IMG/VR virus record: IMGVR_UViG_3300008107_000043
Location: 1-64,000 of that record
Origin: a virus
Taxonomy: Duplodnaviria > Caudoviricetes
DNA: 64,000 bases
Direction: 5' to 3' (one strand)
The number at the start of each line of letters is the position of its first letter. Position 1 is the stretch's first letter. Shown here piece by piece: positions 8,172 through 16,127 of the stretch. The position numbers and the translations under genes are program-made. The notes below the pieces were generated by a model, which saw only the letters and a list, made by a program, of their open reading frames with translations, searched no databases and was not told the origin of the DNA.

Positions 8172-9119
8172 ATGTCTTTTTCTGATCTCAAAAAACAATC
8201 CAAACTGGGTTCCCTCACTTCCAAACTGGTAAAGGAAGTTGAGAAGATGAGCACTACTTCTGGTGGTGCTGATGAGCGTCTCTGGAAACCCGAGATGGAT
8301 AAAACTGGTAATGGATTCGCAGTGATTCGTTTCCTGCCTGCCCCTGAAGGTGAAGAACTTCCCTGGGCAAAGATGTATTCTCACGCTTTCCAAGGTCCTG
8401 GTGGTTGGTATATTGAGAACTCTCTCACCACCATTGGAGGTAAAGATCCTCTTGGTGAATACAACCGCGAACTGTGGAACACTGGTACTGAAGCAAATAA
8501 AGAAACTGTTCGTAAGCAGAAGCGTAAACTGTCTTACTACTCCAACATCTATGTTGTAAAGGATCCTGTAAATCCTGCAAACGAAGGTAAAGTCTTCCTG
8601 TTTAAGTACGGTAAGAAAATCTTTGACAAGATTATGGAAGCAATGCAACCTGAGTTTGAAGATGAGACTCCTATCAATCCCTTTGACTTCTGGCAAGGTG
8701 CAAACTTCAAACTGAAGATTGTCAAGAAAGATGGTTACTGGAACTATGATAAGTCTGAGTTTGGTCCTGTAGAACCCCTACTGGATGATGATGATGCTCT
8801 GGAAGCACTTTGGAAGAAAGAGTATTCTCTTGCTGCAGTAACTGCTCCTGACCAATTCAAGTCCTATGAAGACCTTGAGCGTCGTCTGAAGATGGTTCTG
8901 GGTCAGAAAGTTGCTCCTACACAGTCTCGTGCTGTTGTTGAGCAAGAGGATGATTACGAGTCCTATTCAGTAACTCCTACTGCAGAAAGTCGTGTCGTAG
9001 AAGAACTGGAGCAGTCTTATGCTCGTTCCAAGTCTCCTTCACTTCCTGTAGTTACTAAGGAAGTTGATGATGATGAAGATGATGCTCTTTCCTATTTCCA
9101 AAAATTGGCAGAAGAGTGA
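8172..9119 (+). CDS. gp32: single-stranded DNA-binding protein
   Basis: DERLWKP, AVIRFLP, WYIENSLTT, NYDKSEF, acidic tail. Confidence 0.96.
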   Translation: MSFSDLKKQSKLGSLTSKLVKEVEKMSTTSGGADERLWKPEMDKTGNGFAVIRFLPAPEGEELPWAKMYSHAFQGPGGWYIENSLTTIGGKDPLGEYNRELWNTGTEANKETVRKQKRKLSYYSNIYVVKDPVNPANEGKVFLFKYGKKIFDKIMEAMQPEFEDETPINPFDFWQGANFKLKIVKKDGYWNYDKSEFGPVEPLLDDDDALEALWKKEYSLAAVTAPDQFKSYEDLERRLKMVLGQKVAPTQSRAVVEQEDDYESYSVTPTAESRVVEELEQSYARSKSPSLPVVTKEVDDDEDDALSYFQKLAEE

Positions 9120-9818
9120 TTAACTAGTTAAACGGATATTATCTGCTCTCTTAAGGGTCTCGCTAACATACTGCGAAGACCCTTTTTTGTATTGCATATT
9201 ATCATTCATATCATTAAGGATAATATTTAAGTACGTAGATTTGAGAAGGTAGATATTTCTTTTATCATTATTCAATTTTTCTTCATACTCATAATTGGTG
9301 ACAGGCACTGCAATATTTCCACTATCAACTTGATTATCAATAAAGTAATCGTAATAACTTACTGAATAGTCTGAAGAGACTTGGAGACCTGCAGGAACAA
9401 TAACTACTCCTTGACTATTTTTTACTTCAGTTGTTTCGTAGTGATGTATTCCATTGTAGACTGAATTATAAACATCTTCTTCTGTATAATCATCTTGTTG
9501 CATATACTTGTTAAAAAGATATTCATCAAATGAATTTTGTGTTAATGGCCATTCTGATTGAATATTTACAATATTATTGGATAGAAGAACCACCCAATCT
9601 AATGTTGAATCTCCATAGACTTCAAATGCAACATTATCTGGTCTGTTATCTCCAAGAATCTTGTATTTCTCAAAGAATGCTAAGTTCTGAAAAATATCTT
9701 CCCTTAATTTTCCTTTCTTGAAAAGATTTTTTACTTGAATATAGTCTCCTATCTTAGCATTTGGAAGTCTGCTTACATAATCAAGGTTTGGAACTTGACG
9801 GAAATATGGATTTGCCAT
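9120..9818 (-). CDS. gp53: baseplate wedge subunit
   Basis: RPDNVAFEVYGDSTLDWVVLLSNNI LysM-like motif; HHYET; TNYEYE. Confidence 0.88.
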   Translation of the reverse strand: MANPYFRQVPNLDYVSRLPNAKIGDYIQVKNLFKKGKLREDIFQNLAFFEKYKILGDNRPDNVAFEVYGDSTLDWVVLLSNNIVNIQSEWPLTQNSFDEYLFNKYMQQDDYTEEDVYNSVYNGIHHYETTEVKNSQGVVIVPAGLQVSSDYSVSYYDYFIDNQVDSGNIAVPVTNYEYEEKLNNDKRNIYLLKSTYLNIILNDMNDNMQYKKGSSQYVSETLKRADNIRLTS

Positions 9819-9819
9819 T

Positions 9820-11253
9820 TTAGTAACCTATGTTTAAATCTTGATCTTTATCAAGTTCGGTATAATCATCATTAAAGATTGGTTCAAGTTCTTGGAATTG
9901 TAATTGCAACTCATAAGATGTCATTGATGGTTCTGGTCCTGCATAAGTCATATACTGTCCATCTGGAGTATAATTAACATTGCACTGAGTTAATGCACAC
10001 TCTTTAAATTTATTTAAGTATTTGTGTGGATTTTGACCACTGGTTAGGTATTCTATTCCAAAAGTATTTGGTGCCCTTAAGAGAAGAATGGACTGACTTC
10101 TTTGAACTGACATTGCTTGTTTAAAATGTCTAATAATAGATCTAACTATTTTTGCTTCACTTTCACTCCTTGGTGACAATCTAAATGAGAAACTAAAACT
10201 TCTTAATGATGGTCCAGTAAATAATAGTTCTGAGTTTGGGTTTAAGACCTGCCCATATGCTCTTGAAAGAACATTTGTATTGGTTACTGCTTGGGCAGTT
10301 TTTACTGCAACGATTGATGCAAGAGTTTTTGAATCGGTTTCACTCAATGCACCAAGTGTTTCCTTTGCTGATGCAACACCAGCATCTTTACCCTTAGAGA
10401 CAAATTGTGTAATGAAGTCTGAAATTCCTGCGGTTGCAAGATCTAAATCTTCTTTTTGCCAATCAGCATTATTTGAATCACTAATTCCTGCGGGAACAGG
10501 AAGAACAATTGTTCCTATTGGAGTTTTTCTGTTTAGTCTTCTTCTCTCTCTATTTTCTGCAAGACTTAATCCTCTTGGTTCATATTTAAATATGCTAAAT
10601 TTTATGCAATCTTGATGTTCTAATTGAAGATTTTCTGGATATTTTAAAGGTTTTGCTTCACTTGCATATGAATTCCTAGCAACAGCAAGTTTATCGTCAG
10701 TTATTTTATCTAAAGACTCAAAATCCTCTGGTTTTATTGTACCTGCTGCTGGTGTGGGAGTTTGTGATGGTGAAGGAGTTGTGGTTCCTCCTGCACCTCC
10801 AGGAGGAACTGCTCTTTGCCCACCTTGGGCCTTATTTGCTAATGATTGATATCCTGGTCTTGTTTTTAATCTTTCAAAATCTGCGTTACTAACTGTATCA
10901 GTTCCAGTGTTAATTTGTGCCAGATCAAAAGTTGCTTCTTTTGACGACTTTAGTAATGCCTCAAATTGTTTTTTTCCAGAAGCACCATTATAATATTTGT
11001 TATATGCATTTTGACTTACTATTGTAATTTTATTATCAGATGCATTATAACTAAAAATTGGTTTATCAGGTCTTGGTCCAATCAATCTTGTTTCGTAGAT
11101 ATCAAAGTTTCCTGTTGATGTATTATTTACAATTTCAACGAGCTCTTGTCCCCCAGGTATTGCTGGTACTGCTTGATATGTTTTTGCTTTAAATATTTTG
11201 CTACTATTATTTGAATCGTCTAATTCCCATCCTTGGCGTAAAACAGGGGCCAT
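9820..11253 (-). CDS. gp48: baseplate tail-tube cap
   Basis: NPNSELLFTGPSLRSFSFSF, CALTQCNVNYTPDG, LQFQELEP. Confidence 0.85.
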   Translation of the reverse strand: MAPVLRQGWELDDSNNSSKIFKAKTYQAVPAIPGGQELVEIVNNTSTGNFDIYETRLIGPRPDKPIFSYNASDNKITIVSQNAYNKYYNGASGKKQFEALLKSSKEATFDLAQINTGTDTVSNADFERLKTRPGYQSLANKAQGGQRAVPPGGAGGTTTPSPSQTPTPAAGTIKPEDFESLDKITDDKLAVARNSYASEAKPLKYPENLQLEHQDCIKFSIFKYEPRGLSLAENRERRRLNRKTPIGTIVLPVPAGISDSNNADWQKEDLDLATAGISDFITQFVSKGKDAGVASAKETLGALSETDSKTLASIVAVKTAQAVTNTNVLSRAYGQVLNPNSELLFTGPSLRSFSFSFRLSPRSESEAKIVRSIIRHFKQAMSVQRSQSILLLRAPNTFGIEYLTSGQNPHKYLNKFKECALTQCNVNYTPDGQYMTYAGPEPSMTSYELQLQFQELEPIFNDDYTELDKDQDLNIGY

Positions 11254-11315
11254 CAGAAACTCCTCCCATTTTTAATGGAATTAAGTATCTCAATTTTTTG
11301 CAGAGTATGAGACAT
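11253..11315 (-). CDS. candidate 20-aa leader peptide coupled to gp48
   Basis: MSHTLQKIEILNSIKNGRSF*; its TGA overlaps the gp48 ATG (TGATG). Confidence 0.35.
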   Translation of the reverse strand: MSHTLQKIEILNSIKNGRSF

Positions 11316-11328
11316 TTATAAGGAGTTT

Positions 11329-11715
11329 TTATTTATTTAGACGAAATTTTGCATAAGGTATGGAGAGTAGTTCGTCAAGTTCTTCATATTTAACAACGTG
11401 AAGTTTTCCTGCAATTTCTTCCCAAGTATAGTTTCTAGATTCTCTCCAATGAAAATTGATTGCCTTAAATCCCCATTTTTGTAACTCTGTACAAGCAATT
11501 AGTGGATGCTGGTCATATTCAATATTTGGTGTTTTTGGATTGTATATAAAGGTATAGAATTTTCCTGGTTCTGGATATAGAACTTCTTCCTTAAGAACAT
11601 CCATAATGATGAGCATTAAGTCTTCTGGATCTTTTGTATCTACTTCATCTATTCTTTTTTTAAGTTCTCTTACTCTTGGAGTAGATCCAACATACTGTCC
11701 AAATCCTTGTGCCAT
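11329..11715 (-). CDS. gp2: DNA end protector-like protein
   Basis: PGKFYTFIYNPKT...YDQHPLI...GFKAINFHW; next to gp4. Confidence 0.65.
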   Translation of the reverse strand: MAQGFGQYVGSTPRVRELKKRIDEVDTKDPEDLMLIIMDVLKEEVLYPEPGKFYTFIYNPKTPNIEYDQHPLIACTELQKWGFKAINFHWRESRNYTWEEIAGKLHVVKYEELDELLSIPYAKFRLNK

Positions 11716-12158
11716 TACTTGATGCCTAATTCATTTTCGGTTATCACCTTAAACTCTAATCTTCTATCTTCGCACCATTCCACAGCAGATTTCCACTTTG
11801 CTTGATTGACTGCATATGTTTTTGCTTCGTATAGATATGATTTAGTCACTCTTGTTTTTTTCTTTGGAGGTTCCGTTTGTCTTTTTGGTTTGACTTCAAT
11901 CACATAAGTTTTAATCTGTCCAGTACTTTCTTTTACTTTAATTATAAAATCTGGAAAATATCTATGAACTCTATTATCAACTGGAGAAAGATATGGAATC
12001 CAAAATTCTTCGCTTCCCCATTCAATAATATTTTCATTTAAATCGCACCAATGGCAGAAACGCCTTTCCCAACTACTTCTGCATATGATATTATTAGGAT
12101 CACCTTTATACTTTTGAGGGAATGATGGTCTGTATTTGCTCTTAATACTTTCTGCCAT
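11715..12158 (-). CDS. gp4: head completion nuclease
   Basis: KYKGDPNNIICRSSWE, HRYFPDF, IEVKP, NQAKW. Confidence 0.93.
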   Translation of the reverse strand: MAESIKSKYRPSFPQKYKGDPNNIICRSSWERRFCHWCDLNENIIEWGSEEFWIPYLSPVDNRVHRYFPDFIIKVKESTGQIKTYVIEVKPKRQTEPPKKKTRVTKSYLYEAKTYAVNQAKWKSAVEWCEDRRLEFKVITENELGIK

Positions 12159-12191
12159 TATCCTTACTACATAATATAACGGATCAAAAAG

Positions 12192-12199
12192 TATTTATA
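12192..12199 (-). promoter_or_regulatory. late promoter TATAAATA for the gp4-gp2-gp48-gp53 operon
   Basis: TATTTATA on + strand. Confidence 0.65.
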
Positions 12200-12200
12200 A

Positions 12201-13055
12201 ATGCCTACTAATAGGACAGTAGACCAAATTAAGGCAAACCTTCTACAACCTGCTCTTACCTCTCATTTTGAGGTAAGTATTCCAAGACCTGGTGGATTAA
12301 CGTCAGATTATTTGTCGAGTAATGGAGTCAAGTACGATCAAATCAAATTGAATTTACTGTGTTCTGAGGCTTCTCTTCCTGGGTCAAGTCTAGCAACTCA
12401 CGAAATTAATAATGATTTTACAGGAGTAACTGAAAGACATGCATATAGAAGATTATATGATGACAGAATTGATTTGAGTTTTTATGTTGATGCAGAAAAT
12501 TATCTTCCTATTAGATACTTTGAAACCTGGATGAAATATATTGTCGGGGAAAATATTTCAGAAAAAGAAGGTGGTAGAGCGGGAACAACTGGCAGTAATT
12601 ATTTTTATAGAATGAACTATCCTGAGGGAACTGGTGGAAAAAATCCAAGTGGTGGATATGTTGCTAATGGAATGAAAGTTACAAAATTTGAAAGAACTGG
12701 TAAAAACTCAAACTATACTGGTGGGTCTTTGGAGTATACTTTTGTAAAAGTATTCCCTATCAGCGTCTCTTCAATACCGGTATCTTATGATACTGCTTCC
12801 TTATTAAAATGTACAGTTTCTCTTACATATCTTAGATATGTTGTAAATCCTGTCATTACCCCAAATACTAATGTGAATGGATCAACTCCACAACAACTTG
12901 CGGCAGCAAATAGTTTAATATTCGATCAATCTGTATTTACAAATCCACAGATTATTCCAAACCAAACAATTGGTGGAGTTTCATTGCCAGCATCTCAGTC
13001 ATCTGGAAATTCTATTAATTTGCAACAGGCAGCAAATTTTAATCTTGGATTTTGA
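12201..13055 (+). CDS. tail tube / baseplate tube initiator (gp19/gp54 fold)
   Basis: LCSEASLPG, FYVD, FETWM, FPISVSSIPVSY, CTVSLTY. Confidence 0.75.
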   Translation: MPTNRTVDQIKANLLQPALTSHFEVSIPRPGGLTSDYLSSNGVKYDQIKLNLLCSEASLPGSSLATHEINNDFTGVTERHAYRRLYDDRIDLSFYVDAENYLPIRYFETWMKYIVGENISEKEGGRAGTTGSNYFYRMNYPEGTGGKNPSGGYVANGMKVTKFERTGKNSNYTGGSLEYTFVKVFPISVSSIPVSYDTASLLKCTVSLTYLRYVVNPVITPNTNVNGSTPQQLAAANSLIFDQSVFTNPQIIPNQTIGGVSLPASQSSGNSINLQQAANFNLGF

Positions 13056-13093
13056 GAATAAATAATCATACCTGAAATTTTCTATAGGACATT

Positions 13094-13813
13094 ATGCCTT
13101 TACCAAAGATTAGTACGCCAATTTATCAACTTGAATTGCCATCAACAGGGGAAACAGTTCAATACAGACCATTTCTAGTAAAAGAAGAAAAGGTACTAGT
13201 AATTGCTTTAGAGAGTGAAGATACTAAGCAAATTACTACTGCTATTAAGACAGTAATTAAAAATTGCATTATTACAAAAGGTGTTAAGGTAGAATCTCTT
13301 CCTACTTTTGATATTGAATATTTGTTCTTAAATATTCGTGGAAAGTCTGTAGGAGAAGAAATCGAAGTTAATGTTATTTGTCCTGACGACGAAGAAACTA
13401 ATGTTGCCGTCAGTATCAATCTAGACGACATTAAAGTTCAAAAGGAAGAAACTCATACAAATAAAATTAAAGTAGATCCTACTATTATAATGGAAATGAA
13501 GTATCCTTCATTGGATCAATTTATTAAGACTAATTTTGATTTTAAAAATGATAATGCAATGGATCAATCATTTGAATTGATTGCATCTTGTATTGATAAA
13601 ATTTATACTGAAGATGAAGTGTGGGCAGCATCTGATGTAACTAAAAAAGAACTTCTTGAATTTTTAGAGCAGATGAATTCTGCTCAGTTCAAAGAAATTG
13701 AAAAATTCTTTGAAACAATGCCAAGACTTTCTCATAAAATTACAGTTACAAATCCAAAAACTAAAGTAGAGAGTGAAGTAGTTCTAGAAGGGTTAGCATC
13801 TTTTTTCGCATAG
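13094..13813 (+). CDS. gp26: baseplate hub assembly protein / tail assembly chaperone
   Basis: MPLPKI.TP.Y.LELPS, RPFLVKEEK, FDIEYLFLNIRGKSVGE, LEGLASFF; ATAAATA at 13058-13064. Confidence 0.9.
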   Translation: MPLPKISTPIYQLELPSTGETVQYRPFLVKEEKVLVIALESEDTKQITTAIKTVIKNCIITKGVKVESLPTFDIEYLFLNIRGKSVGEEIEVNVICPDDEETNVAVSINLDDIKVQKEETHTNKIKVDPTIIMEMKYPSLDQFIKTNFDFKNDNAMDQSFELIASCIDKIYTEDEVWAASDVTKKELLEFLEQMNSAQFKEIEKFFETMPRLSHKITVTNPKTKVESEVVLEGLASFFA

Positions 13814-13831
13814 CACTGGTCCATATGGACC
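13801..13831 (+). other. candidate -1 ribosomal frameshift signal
   Basis: T TTT TTC slippery heptamer, downstream GGTCC-ATAT-GGACC hairpin; -1 frame is open into gp51. Confidence 0.6.
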
Positions 13832-14001
13832 TTGAGAACTACTTCAGACTTAACTTTGCTTTAATGCAGTATCATAAATACTCATTAACAGAGATTGAAA
13901 ATATGATTCCTTGGGAAAGGGATGTTTATGTTGAATTATTGAAGCAACATCTGGAAGAAGAGAAACTCAAACAACAAGCAAATGGCGGTCAATCCTTCTA
14001 A
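13825..14001 (+). CDS. gp51: baseplate hub assembly catalyst (58 aa, not in ORF track)
   Basis: MDLENYFRLNFALMQYHKYSLTEIENMIPWERDVYVELL. Confidence 0.85.
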   Translation: MDLENYFRLNFALMQYHKYSLTEIENMIPWERDVYVELLKQHLEEEKLKQQANGGQSF

Positions 14002-16123
14002 AATTAGTTCTCTAGTTCTCTCTAATGGGAAGAAGGTATCTACTGAAAAAATTGATGAAAGGATTTTAGAACTGCTTGGTCTTCAGGATGAATATGAATT
14101 GTCCTATGATGAATATTCTGGACATCTAAAAGAAGCAATGGTTGCTTCCAGAATGTCTAAAACTAGATATTCAACCCTGGAAACAGAATTAATCACAAAT
14201 GAATGGAAGAGGGTAAAATCAAAGAAAGGTAGATTTAAACCAAAAAAAATTAGTGTAGAAAGTTTTAAAAAAGGAAGTGCTGTAGGAATCCAATTAGGAA
14301 AACAAAAATTACTTAAGGGAATATCAACTAAAAGATTGGCATTGCCTTCAGCGATTGATAATATGTCTGGGGCAAATGATATTAATGATATTAAAAATGC
14401 TCTATCTCAAATCATTGCCAATTTAACAGAACAGAATAAAATTCAGAAAAAGATATTAGAAAGAGAAAGAATACAGAGTGAAAAGGAAAAAAGAGCAGGA
14501 GCAGAAGCACTTTTAGAAAAAGGATTTACTAAGGCACTTGGCGTAGCACAAAAGATTTTGGCACCTATCAAGTCATTACTTGATAAAATTATTGATGCAA
14601 TCATTGCTATTTTTATTGGAAGGTCTATTGTAAAACTAATTGAATGGTTTGGTAATAAAGATAATCAAGAAAAAGTCAAGAGTATCTTTAAGTTTCTTGG
14701 TGAACATTGGCCAAAACTACTTGCACTGTATCTAAGATTTGGAACAGGTCTTGGTAAATTTATTGGAGGTTTATCCTCACTTCTAATCAGGGGAACTTTA
14801 AGACTTGTTCAAGCAGCAGCAGGATTGGCAGCAAGAGCAGGATTGAGAGGTGCTGGCAAGGTTGCAGGATTCCTTGGTGGTAGAGGTGGGAAACTATTAG
14901 GTGCTGGATTAGAAATCGGTGCAGCAGTTGCCGGTACTATGGCACTGAGTAAAGGTATTGAGGATTTTGGTGGAGTTAAATTTGCTGGTGGTGGACTTGC
15001 AAACTTTAAAAAATTATTTGGATTTTTTGGTGGTGGTACAAGACCTGGATACATCAGTGGACAAAAGGGTGTAGATAAAATTCCCGCAATGCTGAGTGAT
15101 GGTGAATTTGTTATGTCACGTGGTGCCGTCCAGAAGTACGGTACAAGCACTTTAGAGGCAATGAATGCTTCTGGTGGTGGTACAAACAGACCAAGAATGA
15201 TTACTGGAACAACTTATGCTGCAGGTGGGGGGCAGATTGGAACTCGTAGTGTTGATCCTCCATTGGGCGGAAATGAAAAAATTGCATACAATCAACTCAA
15301 ATTAAATTTCCCATCAGCAAAACCTTATCATATTGCTGCTGCTCTTGGCAATTTCTCAATTGAGGCACCTGGATTAAAACCAAATACTGCTCAAATTGGT
15401 GGAGGTCCTGGTAGAGGAGTGGCACAATGGGAAACTCCTGGAAGATGGGATACGGCAGTAAAAAGATATGGTCCTGGAGTTTTTAATAACCTGAAGCAGC
15501 AAATGGATTATGTTAAGTATGAAATGGATACTGGCAATCCAGACTCTCAGGGAAGACCTCAACTTCCTTGGGGAAGACAAACGAAGAGTGCCTGGTTGGG
15601 ATCAAAAAATTTAAGTGAAGCAACCAAGAATTTTATGCTTGGATATGAAGCACCAAGCGTACCGCACGAATCTGCAAGAATGGCAGCGGCTAAAAGAATA
15701 TTAAATTCAAGTTCATCTGCAAATATTGCATCAAAACCAAAACCAAAAGGTCAGCAACCAAATATGCTGCAGAAAGTTGGAACTGGTATTGCATCTATGT
15801 TTGGATTAAATCAACCAGCAAAAGCAGAACCAGTTTCTAAACCTAAACCCAGATTTGCAGGTGGACTTTCTCCAGATTCTTCTCAGAGAAAGTCATCATC
15901 AATTCCAACAATGACTTTCTCTGCATCAAAATCTAGAGCATCTCAAAGAAATATTTCTGCACCAACTAATTTTATGCCAGAAATAGTTTATGAAGTTGCT
16001 GTTCCAAGTTCAACAAAACCATCTATAGGTGGTCTTGGTGGTTCTCCTCAAGTACCATCATTTAGTAATGTTCATGCATCTAATAATGCAGTCAGAAATG
16101 CAAAGATATATGGAGTAAGATAA
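13982..16123 (+). CDS. tape-measure-like virion protein with tail lysozyme domain
   Basis: Helical and Gly/Ala-rich stretches, DKIPAMLSDGEFVM, lysozyme-like AAALGNFSIE...GRGVAQW...YEAP. Confidence 0.7.
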   Translation: MAVNPSKISSLVLSNGKKVSTEKIDERILELLGLQDEYELSYDEYSGHLKEAMVASRMSKTRYSTLETELITNEWKRVKSKKGRFKPKKISVESFKKGSAVGIQLGKQKLLKGISTKRLALPSAIDNMSGANDINDIKNALSQIIANLTEQNKIQKKILERERIQSEKEKRAGAEALLEKGFTKALGVAQKILAPIKSLLDKIIDAIIAIFIGRSIVKLIEWFGNKDNQEKVKSIFKFLGEHWPKLLALYLRFGTGLGKFIGGLSSLLIRGTLRLVQAAAGLAARAGLRGAGKVAGFLGGRGGKLLGAGLEIGAAVAGTMALSKGIEDFGGVKFAGGGLANFKKLFGFFGGGTRPGYISGQKGVDKIPAMLSDGEFVMSRGAVQKYGTSTLEAMNASGGGTNRPRMITGTTYAAGGGQIGTRSVDPPLGGNEKIAYNQLKLNFPSAKPYHIAAALGNFSIEAPGLKPNTAQIGGGPGRGVAQWETPGRWDTAVKRYGPGVFNNLKQQMDYVKYEMDTGNPDSQGRPQLPWGRQTKSAWLGSKNLSEATKNFMLGYEAPSVPHESARMAAAKRILNSSSSANIASKPKPKGQQPNMLQKVGTGIASMFGLNQPAKAEPVSKPKPRFAGGLSPDSSQRKSSSIPTMTFSASKSRASQRNISAPTNFMPEIVYEVAVPSSTKPSIGGLGGSPQVPSFSNVHASNNAVRNAKIYGVR

Positions 16124-16127
16124 GTAA

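Noticed and set aside
8154-8696. 180-aa minus-strand ORF
   Set aside because: Antisense to gp32 with no recognisable motifs
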